Below are positions 1 through 10,729 of a stretch of DNA of 64,000 bases, piece after piece. Every line of letters begins with the position of its first letter. Positions within the stretch are counted from its first letter, which is position 1. Source of the stretch: Eledone cirrhosa. Taxonomy: Eukaryota. The DNA lies in the NCBI GenBank assembly GCA_964016885.1, contig OZ024756.1, positions 2,294,001 to 2,358,000 of the forward strand, given 5' to 3'. The notes under the pieces are model-generated. The model made no database searches and was not told where the DNA came from. It saw only the letters and a list, made by a program, of their open reading frames with translations. A program made the position numbers and the translations under genes.

Positions 1-257
1 CAGCAACGTGAGATGAAGTGTTTTGCTCAAGAACACAACACATAACCCAGTCCAGCAACGTGAGATGAAGTGTTTTGCTCAAGAACACAACACATAACCC
101 AGTCCAGTAATGTGAGATGAAGTGTTTTGCTCAAGAACACAACACATAACCCAGTCCAGTAATGTGAGATGAAGTGTTTTGCTCAAGAACACAACACATA
201 ACCCAGTCCAGTAATGTGAGATGAAGTGTTTTGCTCAAGAACAGAACACGTACCTCA
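1..257 (-). repeat. 52-bp satellite array (same family as 25141-64000), minus orientation, runs off the window start
   Basis: About 5 tandem copies of the reverse complement of GTTGTGTTCTTGAGCAAAACACTTCATCTCACRTTRCTGGACTGGGTTATGT. Confidence 0.95.
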
Positions 258-325
258 GTCCAAGGAATAGAACTCCCGACATTATGATCGTAGTCAACAC
301 ACTTACCACTAAGCCACACAGCTTC
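255..325 (-). mobile_element. tRNA-derived SINE head (Pol III A/B boxes) leading into the left 52-bp array
   Basis: Minus strand reads GAAGCTGTGTGGCTTAGTGGTAAG...GGGAGTTCTATTCC: A-box-like TGGCTTAGTGG and B-box-like GTTCTATTCC, then TTGGACTGAGGTACGTGTTCTGTTCTTGAGC, the first satellite unit. Homologous to 25077-25145. Confidence 0.75.
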
Positions 326-440
326 AATGGTAGTGACTTTATTTGTGATGAGAACAAGAGAAGCTGTGGACGTCCAATACAGATGATAGCATTGTCGTAG
401 ACAGGGCTATAATAAGGTTGGATATTGTAGTGATATTAGA

Positions 441-1870
441 GTGGATTTGGTGGTGGTGGTGTGGTGGTGGTGGTGTGATGGTGGTGGTGTTATTGGTGGT
501 GGTGTGGTGGTGGTGGCAATAGTGGTGGTGGTGTTGGTGTGGTGGTGTTGGTGGTGTGGTGGTGTGGTGATGGTGGTGGTATTGGTGGTGGTGTGGTGGT
601 GTGGTTATGGTGGTGGTATTGGTGGTGGTGTGGTGGTGGTGGCAGTAGTGGTGGTGGTGTTTGTGTGGTGGTGTTGGTGGTGGCAGTGGTGGTGGAGGTG
701 TTGGTGGTGGTATTGTTGGTGGTGTGGTGGTGTTGGTGATGGTGGTGGTATTGGTGATGGTGTGGTGGTTGTGGCAGTAGTGGTGGTGATGTTGGTGGTG
801 GCAGTGGTGGTGGTGGTGGTGGTGTGGTAGTGTTGGTAGTGGCAGTGTTGGTGATGGTGTTGGTGGTGGTATTGTTGGTGGTGTGGTGGTGGTGGTGGTG
901 TTGGTGGTGGTATTGGTGGTGGTGTGGTGGTGTTGGCAGTGTTGGTGGTGGTGTTGGTGGTGGCAATGGTGGTGGTGGTTTGATGGTGGTATTGGTGCTG
1001 GTGTGGTGGTGGTGGTGTTGGTGGTGGTATGGGTGGTGGTGTGGTGGTGTTGGCAGTGGTGGTGGTGGTGTTGGTGGTGGCAGTGGTGGTGGTGGTGGTG
1101 GTGTGGTGGTGTTGGTGGTGGCAGTGGTGGTGTTGGTTTGGTGGTGGTATTGGTGGTGGTGTGGCGGTGGTGGTGGTGTTGGCAATGATGGTGGTGGTGT
1201 TGGTGGTGACAGTGGTGGTGGTGGTTGTGGTGTGGTGGTGGTGGTGGTGGTGTGGTGGAGTTGGTATTGGTGGTGGTGGTGTTGGTGGTGGCAGTGGTGG
1301 TGGAGGTCTGGTGGTGTTGGTGGTTGCAGTGGTGGTGGTGGTTTACTGGGGGTGTGGTGGTGTTGTGGTGGTGTGGTGTGGGTGTGGTGGTGTTGGTGGT
1401 GGCAGTGGTCGTGGTGGTTTGGTGTGGGTGTTGTGGTGTTGTGGTGGTGTGGTGTTAGTGGGGGTGGTGTCTTGGTGGTTTGGTGGTGGTGTGGGGGTGT
1501 TGGTGGTTGTGTGGTGGTGGTGGTTTGGTGGGGGTGTTGTGGTGTTGTGTTGGTGTGGTGTTAATGGTAGTGGTGTTGTGGTGGTTTGGTGGGGGTGTGG
1601 GAGTGGGGGTGGTTGTGTAGTGTTGGTGTGGTGGTGTTGTGGTGGTGTGCTGCTGTTGGTGGTAGTTTGGTGGGGGTGTGGTGGTGTTGGTGGTGATGTG
1701 GTGGTGGTGTGGTGGTGTTGGTGGTGGTGTGGTCGTCGGTGGTTGTGGTGGTGGTGCTGTGGTGGTGTTGGTTGTGTTAGTAGTGGTATTGTAGTGGTAT
1801 TGTGGTGTTAGTCGTGGTATTGTGGTGGTGTGGTAGAGGTGTTGGTATTGGTGGTGGAGGTGGTGTTGCT
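441..1870. repeat. Degenerate (GGT)n / GT-rich low-complexity tract
   Basis: Continuous GGT/GTG/GTT triplets. The ORFs here are poly-V/W/G or poly-T/P/H artefacts. Confidence 0.95.
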
Positions 1871-3946
1871 ATTTGTTGTGGTATAGGTGATGGCATAGGT
1901 GGTGGTATTGATGTAGGTATTGGTGGTGTTGTTGATGGTATAGGTCTTGGTATAGGTGGTGGTATTGGTGGTAGTATAGGTGGTAATATAGGTAGTACAG
2001 GTGGTGGTATAGGTAGTGGTACTGTAGTGGTATTGTTGGCTGCATGTTAGTCACAGTGTCGTCCACTTGTGGTGTTATAGGTGGTAGTATAGGTGGTACA
2101 GGTGGTAGTACAGGTAGTAGAGAAGGTGGTAGTATAGGTGGTAGTATAGGTGGTATATGTAGTAGTACAGGTAGTAGAGAAGGTGGTAGTATAGGTGGTA
2201 GTATAGGTGGTATATGTAGTAGTACAGGTAGTGGTATGGTTGGCTGTATGTCATTCATAGTGTCGTCTACTTGTGATGTATAGGTGGTAGTATAGGTGGT
2301 ACAGATAGTGGTACAGGTAGTGGTACACGTAGTGGTATAGGTGGAAGTATAGGTGGTACAGGTAGTTGTACAGGTAGTGGTATGTTTGGCTGTATGTCAA
2401 GTGACAGTGTCGTCCACTTATTACGGTATAGGTAGTACTGGTAGTGGTAGAGATAGGGGTATAGGTGGTGGTATAGGTGGTAGTATAGGTGGTATAGGTA
2501 GTAGTTCAGGTAGTGGTATAGTTAGTAGTATAGGTGGTAGTATAGGTAGTACATGTAGTGATATAGGTGGTAGTATAGGTGGTAGTATAGGTGGTACAGT
2601 TAGTTGTACGGTTAGCTGTATGTCAAGTGACAGTGTCCTCCACTTGTGGTGGTATAGGTGGTAGTATAGGTGGTATAGGTGGTAGTACATGTAGTAGTAT
2701 AGGTGGCAGTATAGGTGGTAGTATAGGTAGTAAAGGTAGTGGTATAGGTGGTAGTAGAGGTGGTAGTAAATGTAGTGGTATGGTTGGCTGCATGTCAAGT
2801 GGCTGTGTTGTCCACTTGTGGTGGTAGAGGTAGTAGTACAGCTAGTGGTATAACAAGTGACAGACTCCTCCACTTGTGGTGGTATAGGTGGTAGTACAGG
2901 TAGTAGTACAGGTAGTAGTAGAGGTAGTGGTATGTCAAGTGACAGTGTCCTCCACTTGTGGTGGTATAGGTGGTACAGGTAGTAGTACAGGTAGTGGTAT
3001 GTCAAGTGACAGAGTCCTCCACTTGTGGTGGTATAAGTAGTACAGGTAGTAGTAGAGGTAGTGGTAGAGGTAGTGGTATGTCAAATGACAGTGTCCTCCA
3101 CTTGTGGTGGTACAGGTAGTAGTACAGGTAGTAGTAGAGGTAGTGGTATGTCAAGTGACAGAGTCCTCCACTTGTGGTGGTATAAGTAGTACAGGTAGTA
3201 GTAGAGGTAGTGGTACAGGTAGTGGTATGTCAAGTGACAGTGTCCTCCACTTGTGGTGGTACAGGTAGTAGTACAGGTAGTAGTAGAGGTAGTGGTATGT
3301 CAAGTGACAGTGTCCCCCACTTGTGGTGGTATAGGTAGTAGTATAGGTAGTAGTAGAGGTAGTAGTAGAGGTAGTGGTATGTCAAGTGACAGTGTCCCCC
3401 ACTTGTGGTGGTATAGGTAGTAGTATAGGTAGTAGTAGAGGTAGTAGTAGAGGTAGTGGTATGTCAAGTGACAGTGTCCCCCACTTGTGGTGGTATAGGT
3501 AGTAGTATAGGTAGTAGTAGAGGTAGTGGTATGTCAAGTGACAGTGTCCCCCACTTGTGGTGGTATAGGTAGTAGTATAGGTAGTAGTAGAGGTAGTAGT
3601 AGAGGTAGTGGTATGTCAAGTGACAGTGTCCCCCACTTGTGGTGGTATAGGTAGTAGTATAGGTAGTAGTAGAGGTAGTAGTAGAGATAGTGGTATGTCA
3701 AGTGACAGTGTCCCCCACTTGTGGTGGTATAGGTAGTAGTATAGGTAGTAGTAGAGGTAGTAGTAGAGGTAGTGGTATGTCAAGTGACAGTGTCCCCCAC
3801 TTGTGGTGGTATAGGTAGTAGTAGAGGTAGTAGTAGAGGTAGTGGTATGTCAAGTGACAGTGTCCCCCACTTGTGGTGGTATAGGTAGTAGTACAGGTAG
3901 TAGTAGAGGTAGTGGTATGTCAAGTGACAGTGTCCCCACTTGACAT
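1870..3946. repeat. Compound minisatellite: constant GTATGTCAAGTGACAGTGTCCCCCACTTGTGGTGGT motif separated by 12-bp AGGTAGTAGTAN sub-repeats
   Basis: The motif recurs at e.g. 3301, 3383, 3465 and 3535 (periods 82 and 70, differing by one 12-mer). Copies become more diverged and more widely spaced toward 2040. Confidence 0.9.
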
Positions 3947-4211
3947 TGTCACTGTATCCATGTCATTATACAATTACATGACTATATCAGAAGGGAACAT
4001 GGTTTGGATTTCCTGTCCCTCCCTCTGTCGTCTGTTTGTCTTGAGACACGATGGCGCTGAGTAGCACAGCAGACCCCTAACACCCCCCTCCACACACACA
4101 TCTACCCCCGCCACTCCATCCCACCCCACCTACCCCACTCGACTACACACCCACACATGATGTTTGTCCTTCTCTATCCTCCTGCACTTTCTGTCCCTCT
4201 CTGACCCCTTG

Positions 4212-4244
<33 letters not shown>

Positions 4245-4259
4245 TTGTGGGTCTGTGTG

Positions 4260-4330
<71 letters not shown>

Positions 4331-4440
4331 GCAATCAATGACTCCCGATGCTCAACTACAAAAACAAATACTCTACACATTACATAACGTATTTAGTGTT
4401 CTACTCTTTGTACACTAGCCCATACACATACACACATATG

Positions 4441-4480
<40 letters not shown>

Positions 4481-4566
4481 CAAAGGTATATTTAATCTGT
4501 TGGTAATTCAACAAATATATATTTATAACAGATTCGAAGAACTCGACAAATTTTTCTGGAGTATAG

Positions 4567-4823
4567 TATCAATGATATTAATAAATGGAATCTATATTTA
4601 TAAAATCATATTTATTCTATTATATATATTCTATTATATATATTCTATTATATATATTTCAAGGGTACCAAAACTTTGGTACGCGCTCATCAGATAAAAT
4701 ACAACTATCCAGGTGAAACTTGTATGTTATCTGATGAGAGCGTACCAAAGTTTTGGTACCCTTGAAATATATATAATAGAATAAATATCGTTTATAAATA
4801 TAGTTTCCAGTTATTAATATCAT

Positions 4824-4828
<5 letters not shown>
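4567..4828. mobile_element. Fold-back (inverted) PLE terminal-repeat remnant in a (TA)n context
   Basis: Left arm TATCAATGATATTAATAA...TTCAAGGGTACCAAAACTTTGGTACGCGCTCATCAGATAA is mirrored by TTATCTGATGAGAGCGTACCAAAGTTTTGGTACCCTTGAA...TTATTAATATCATTGATA. Each arm carries a hammerhead motif plus AATAAA. Confidence 0.7.
4727..4779 (+). ncRNA. Minimal type I hammerhead ribozyme motif (mirror copy on minus strand at ~4645-4697)
   Basis: TTAT-CTGATGA-[GAGCGTACC AAAGTTTT GGTACCCTT]-GAAA-T-ATAT-ATA^-ATAG, then AATAAA at 4780. The core CUGAUGA/GAAA and an AUA triplet are present. Confidence 0.65.
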
Positions 4829-4876
<48 letters not shown>

Positions 4877-5532
4877 AATAATGGAGCTGCGGCGTTGCAA
4901 ATGGGTTACATATGAAAAAGTTTGTCCTTCATCAGTGGCCTTCCAACCGTCGTAGGCATTTCATCGCTTTAAAGGCCATATACCTCAGGTTGGTGCGAGC
5001 AACGGCTAAAAATAGTCGTTGGGACACGTAAAGGGGACGCTAGGGTAAACAAACAAAATGGTTTAAGCAACAGAAAGTGATGAAGAAAGAGACAAGTCCC
5101 AGATTTCTATGAATATAAATTCGGTGAAATCGTGAACGAGAGAATAAAGACCATCAAACCTGGTTGAAATGTGAGCAAGGAAGGAATTTCGCACAGGTCT
5201 AACGGGAGGAAGAAGGGGTCTGGTCTGCGAATTCGGTAAACATAAGTTCTGTGAAGTCGCAGACGAGACGAGATATATATATATATATAAACGTTTCAAT
5301 ATGTATAATAAAGCCAAAACAATGCAGGTATGGACATAGAAAAAGAATGTAATTGCAAAAGATATTGTTGACAAATTGTCTTTTACCTTAGATTTATTTA
5401 AATGTCCTTAATTTTCGAGATAATATCTCTTCTTCAGAGGGAAATAAAGGTCTCAAACCAGCGTTCTAAATATCTTGCCAAGCCATGCTGACAGGAAATA
5501 GTATAGAGTATCTGTTCTATCTCTAATGTCAA

Positions 5533-5628
<96 letters not shown>

Positions 5629-5696
5629 TTTCGCTCTATATGGCTGAATACAATATATGTAATCCGTGTTTATCGAATATTAATAATTGTTTCTAT

Positions 5697-5838
5697 TTTT
5701 TGGCACAAGACCAGCAATTACCCAGTACATTACTGGTACTTTATTTTATCGAACCAGTAAGGATGAAAGGCAAAGTTAACCTCGGCGGGATTTGAACTCA
5801 GATCATAAAGGGACGTAACTCTATGCTTCAAAGCATGG
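5697..5838 (-). mobile_element. tRNA-derived SINE (family A), partial
   Basis: Reverse complement contains CTGAGTTCAAATCCCGCCGAGGTTAACTTTGCCTTTCATCCTT...GATAAAATAAAGTACCAGT...GCTGGTCTTGTGCCAAAA, shared with the other copies. Confidence 0.85.
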
Positions 5839-6251
5839 TAATAATAACATTCGATTCGTTTGCAATCATGCTAACAAGCCTCATTTTTATAGCCATGTCA
5901 GTAGAATGAACTCTTTATTCTTGCTCTTGTGTTGGCATGTAAACAGAACTGCAGATTACATGTATATATACACCTGTATGTACATATATTTCTGATTGAG
6001 GTGTTTCAAAGCCCTTGATGTTAGTGATAACCCTAAAGCGACCCGATAGAGCAGTCGTACCTTCTGGTGAAAGACATACCTGTTATGACCTCACACCTTT
6101 TTACTTCAGGTTTACCACCTTACCAAACTGTCCTTTACCTTAGCCTCATATCGTCCACTATCTTGGGAATGAATTGAGGAAATATGGTAGACGTAATCAT
6201 TGCTTGACAGAGTTACCGTTCTTCTTTTCATAGAGGGTATATCTAATTCAC

Positions 6252-6489
6252 GTGTGGTGGACTGGCAGAATAATTAATGCGTCGAACAAAATGCTTTGCG
6301 TCATTTTGTTATGAACCTTTAGGTTTTCTGAGTTCAAATCCCGCGGAGGTCAACTTTGCCTGTCATCCTTTCGTTGTCAATAAAATAAAGTACCAGTTAC
6401 AAGTTGGTGTGGGGTGCGGGGTGCGGGATCAGTATAATCGACTTCCCCCCTTTTCCCCCAAATTGCTGGCCTTGTGCCAATGTTAGAAA
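6252..6489 (+). mobile_element. tRNA-derived SINE (family A)
   Basis: TGGCAGAAT head, B-box GAGTTCAAATCC, central GGTCAACTTTGCCTGTCATCCTTT...AAAGTACCAGT, tail GCTGGCCTTGTGCCAA. Confidence 0.85.
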
Positions 6490-6511
6490 AAAAATGATAT
6501 TCTATGAATTA

Positions 6512-6712
6512 AGGAAGGTGAATTGTCAGAATCGTTAGAGCACCGGACAAAACTCTTTACAGTATTTACTCCGGCTTGTTACGCTCTGAGTTCAAATCCT
6601 ACCGCAGTTAATTTTGCCTTTCATCCCTCGGGGGTCAATATAAAGTACCAGTCAAGTTCTGAGGTCCATTTAAAAGTCCTTCCTCTCCCCCACGAATTAC
6701 TGGCACTTATCT
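6512..6712 (+). mobile_element. tRNA-derived SINE (family A), tandem diverged copy
   Basis: TGTCAGAATCGTTAG...CTGAGTTCAAATCCTACCGCAGTTAATTTTGCCTTTCATCCCTCGGGGGTCAATATAAAGTACCAGTC. Confidence 0.8.
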
Positions 6713-6795
6713 TTAAGAATATAAAAAAGGAACAACACGTCGGCTAAATAAAGTCCTGGTCACACACTATCTGAAAAACGAGGGTTGATCTAAAT

Positions 6796-8049
6796 CAGGG
6801 GCGTGCAACAGGCGGCCCGCGGGCCACAATCCGGCCCGCCTGACCAGTCAGAGTGGCCCGCAATGACCGTTTTTAATTTTTACCTTGTAGCCTTTTTTAG
6901 AATTTTTTTCGTAACCGTAATACTTCTGTTAGTTGACCTCTACTAAAGGGCTTCACTGATAGGGTTATGTGTGTTATAATTTCCCAGTTGACCTATACTA
7001 AAGGGCTTCACTGATAGGGTTATGTGTGTTATAATTTCCCAGTTGACCTCTACTAAAGGGCTTCACTGATAGGGTTATGTGTGTTATAATTTCCCAGTTG
7101 ACCTCTACTAAAGGGCTTCACTGATAGGGTTATGTGTGTTATAATTTCCCAGTTGACCTATACTAAAGGGCTTCACTGATAGGGTTATGTGTGTTATAAT
7201 TTCCCAGTTGACCTATACTAAAGGGCTTCACTGATAGGGTTATGTGTGTTATAATTTCCCAGTTGACCTATACTAAAGGGCTTCACTGATAGGGTTATGT
7301 GTGTTATAATTTCCCAGTTGACCTATACTAAAGGGCTTCACTGATAGGGTTATGTGTGTTATAATTTCCCAGTTGACCTATACTAAAGGGCTTCACTGAT
7401 AGGGTTATGTGTGTTATAATTTCCCAGTTGACCTATACTAAAGGGCTTCACTGATAGGGTTATGTGTGTTATAATTTCCCAGTTGACCTATACTAAAGGG
7501 CTTCACTGATAGGGTTATGTGTGTTATAATTTCCCAGTTGACCTATACTAAAGGGCTTCACTGATAGGGTTATGTGTGTTATAATTTCCCAGTTGACCTA
7601 TACTAAAGGGCTTCACTGATAGGGTTATGTGTGTTATAATTTCCCAGTTGACCTATACTAAAGGGCTTCACTGATAGGGTTATGTGTGTTATAATTTCCC
7701 AGTTGACCTATACTAAAGGGCTTCACTGATAGGGTTATGTGTGTTATAATTTCCCAGTTGACCTATACTAAAGGGCTTCACTGATAGGGTTATGTGTGTT
7801 ATAATTTCCCAGTTGACCTATACTAAAGGGCTTCACTGATAGGGTTATGTGTGTTATAATTTCCCAGTTGACCTATTCTAAAGGGCTTCACTGATAGGGT
7901 TATGTGTGTTATAATTTCCCAGTTCCATGTTATGGAAAGAAGTTGTGGTGGATCTTTGGAATAGTGCTTAATAGATATTAATGGCTGTTCCTAATAGTTG
8001 TTCCGATGTTTAAAAGTGGCCCGCCAATGGAATATGTTGCACACCCCTG
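6796..8049. mobile_element. Non-autonomous hAT (Charlie-like) DNA transposon with an internal tandem array
   Basis: TIRs CAGGGGCGTGCAACA / TGTTGCACACCCCTG. 8-bp TSD ATCTAAAT (6788-6795) / ATCTAAAC (8050-8057) fits the NTCTARAN Charlie-type target. Subterminal GGCCCGC motifs at both ends. Confidence 0.85.
6931..7924. repeat. 55-bp minisatellite, 18 near-identical copies, inside the hAT element
   Basis: Unit AGTTGACCTATACTAAAGGGCTTCACTGATAGGGTTATGTGTGTTATAATTTCCC. Only a CTC/CTA variant and a single substitution were seen. Confidence 0.97.
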
Positions 8050-8842
8050 ATCTAAACCGCGGATCTCCCAACACACAGATCGCGGTCAGTTTGTGATCCG
8101 CAAACTACTTATCTATGGACCACGGCCGAACAAAGGGAAATTTTAAAAGGAAACTTTGGCCCTTTACACTTTGTACTCATCCGCATATCCTTCTTACTAT
8201 CATATATGTATTCATTTTGATGGTAAACACATAAATAGCTGCTGTCAGCTGTATTGCGGATTAGCATTATAACCGTCCTTCGCATTTCACTTGGGACGCA
8301 CTATGCCCCCCCCCCCCCCCCACACACACACCATGACGTAATGACATTTTTGAGTCCTTGAATTTGACCCCAGATCTATGGCTAAACAACGAAAAAGCAA
8401 AACAACTATTTTCCAGATCAATCTCAGAATTAACATGGCACAGTGAGTCAGATATAAATATATTATCTATAAAAAAGTGAGAAAGTAATAGCTACAATGA
8501 TTATGTTCATACCTCTGCTCGGTTAGGGTTGACCTAGGGCTAAACAACATAAAAAAAAACCCAAAGAAAATAAACCCAAACCCTTTTGGTGATATATCCC
8601 ACATTGAACATGTTACAATTATCCATTTATAACAACAACAACAAACACATCGTTGAGGTACACAGTTTATCAGACATAATATGGGCTCAAGTTTCAAGAT
8701 TTAGGGGATAGAGTTAAAATTAAATGAACCCCTATTTGTCGTCAAGTAATCAATAAATAGAAGTAAAAACAAAAAATAAAACCTCCCCCAACAAAAAAAT
8801 TGAATGAAGTAAAGATAAAAAAAAACAATCTAACAAAAGTAA

Positions 8843-8921
8843 ATGCTTCGTCACTTCCCGCCAATTTCTCCGGAAGAGGCCATCATCTTAAAACAATGTA
8901 TTTCCGACATAGACGTCACAG
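8843..8921 (+). other. Candidate host-gene exon (ATG to consensus splice donor)
   Basis: Non-repetitive, CpG-containing stretch reading MLRHFPPISPEEAIILKQCISDIDVT and ending in CAG|GTAAGT. No homologue recognised. Confidence 0.3.
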
Positions 8922-9034
8922 GTAAGTCAAGAAACTACAACCTTATAACCTTTGTCTCCACCACTTCACCTCTCTTACCTGTCTTCTTACATCGCTTCCA
9001 CCATATTACATCGTTACAGTCGACAACTTATACG

Positions 9035-9440
9035 CATACTCTTCTTATACCACAATCTACCTATATATATACTCACATTTGTTATACCACAATCTAGCTA
9101 TATATACACACTCTTCTTATACTATCTACCTATATATACACAAACTCTTCTTATACCACAATCTACCTATATATATATATATACACACTCTTCTTATACT
9201 ATCTAGCTATATATATACACACACTTGTTATACTATCTAGCTATATATATATATACACACTTATTATACCACAATCTAGCTATATATACACTCTTGTTAT
9301 ACCACAATCTAGCTACCTATATACACTCTTGTTATACCACAATCTAGCTATATATACACTCTTGTTATACCACAATCTAGCTATATATACACTCTTGTTA
9401 TACCACAATCTAGCTACCTATATACACACTATACCACTAT
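9035..9440. repeat. ~33-bp degenerate minisatellite CTCTTGTTATACCACAATCTAGCTATATATACA
   Basis: Tandem copies with variable TA length. Confidence 0.85.
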
Positions 9441-9484
9441 TTACCTATATACACACGTCTTCTTGGGAACAAATTTGTCCCCCC

Positions 9485-10115
9485 GCCACACACACTCTCT
9501 CTCTCTCACACTCTCTCTCTCTCTGTCACACACACTCTCTCTCTCTGTCACACACACTCTTTCTCTCTGTCACACACACTATCTCTCTCCCTCTTTCACA
9601 CACACTCTCTCTCTGTCACACACACTAACTCTGTCTGCCTCTCTCTCACACACACTCTCTCTCTGTCACAAACACTAACTCTGTCTGCCTCTCTCTCACA
9701 CACTCTCTCTCACACTCACACATACTCTTTCTCTCTCTCTCTCTGTCACTCTCACTATCTCTGTCTCTATACATACACGTTCTCTTGGGAACCACTCTCT
9801 TCCACACACTCTCTTTGTCTCTCTATCTCACTCTCACTCTATGTCTCATAAACACACACTATCTCTCTCTATCTCGCTGTCCCTCTCCCTGTCTCTCTCT
9901 CACTATTTCTGCCTCACTCTCTCACTATCTATCTCTCGCTCTCGCTATCTCTATCTCACTCTCTCACTATATCTGTCTCACTCTCTCACTATATCTGTCT
10001 CACTCTCTCACTATATCTGTCTCACTCGCTCACTATCTGTGCGTGTCACTCTCTCTTTCACACACACACACACTCTCCCTCTCTCGCATCCCCTCTCCGT
10101 CTCTCTCTCTCTCCC
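9485..10115. repeat. (CT)/(CA) low-complexity tract
   Basis: Mixed CTCT, CACA and CTCACTAT repeats. Confidence 0.9.
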
Positions 10116-10324
10116 CCACAGTACTATTCTCTATAAGTTATAGTGTAGTCTCTCTCCTTCCCCAGACCCCCTCACATTTATTGTCTCTATCATTTACCAA
10201 CCACAAGAGACATTATTACAATCCAACAGCACCACCTCACAATATATCTATCTATCTATCTGTCTGTCTGTCTGTCTGTCTGTCTGCATGCCTGTCTGCC
10301 TGTCTGTCTGTCAGTCTGTCTATC

Positions 10325-10647
10325 ACCCCAGTAAATTTACTGAAAGGTGGGTGAATGTAGCAAAAATGGCCCTAGTGATTGGGCCTTCTCTCTATATAAA
10401 CCTGTAGGTTGAAGATGAGAACAAGAGGAGGAAGAGAGCACTTGCACAACACACTCCTGGAGTTGAGGGTTGTTCTATCTACGGGGTATTAAACAATCCA
10501 TTTGTGGGGCCTTCCCCCCTATTAGGGATTTCGATTTTTAAATTTGTTTGTTTCAATATTTTTACACGACTGTATGTAAAATCCCCGGCATGTGTCCTTG
10601 TTTTGTCCCCCTATTCTTGTGCGCCCTTGTGGCAAATAAAGAAAAAT
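10325..10647 (+). mobile_element. Probable 3' end of a non-LTR retrotransposon inserted in a (TCTA/TCTG)n microsatellite
   Basis: Unique block ending in AATAAAGAAAAA, with TCTG/TCTA repeats on both sides. Family not determinable. Confidence 0.35.
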
Positions 10648-10729
10648 ATCTGTCTGTCTATCTATCTCCCTCCCCAAAGCTGTCTCCATCGATCCAACAC
10701 ATATTAGCCCTTTCCTCACTGTTTACCTT

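Noticed and set aside
441-3005. Long ORFs rich in V/W/G or P/T/H resembling extensins or mucins
   Set aside because: They are open in several frames on both strands because GGT repeats lack stops. There is no coding signature.
2040-3946. CRISPR-like repeat-spacer appearance
   Set aside because: The spacers are low-complexity copies of one 12-mer, there are no cas genes, and the context is eukaryotic.
4880-4945. Minus-strand CTGATGAAGGAC, hammerhead-like start
   Set aside because: No GTCC-GAAA half follows before the TA tract. At best a truncated remnant.
8056-8130. Second hAT-like terminus (CCGCGGATCTCCCAAC) next to the MITE
   Set aside because: No matching opposite TIR or TSD found.
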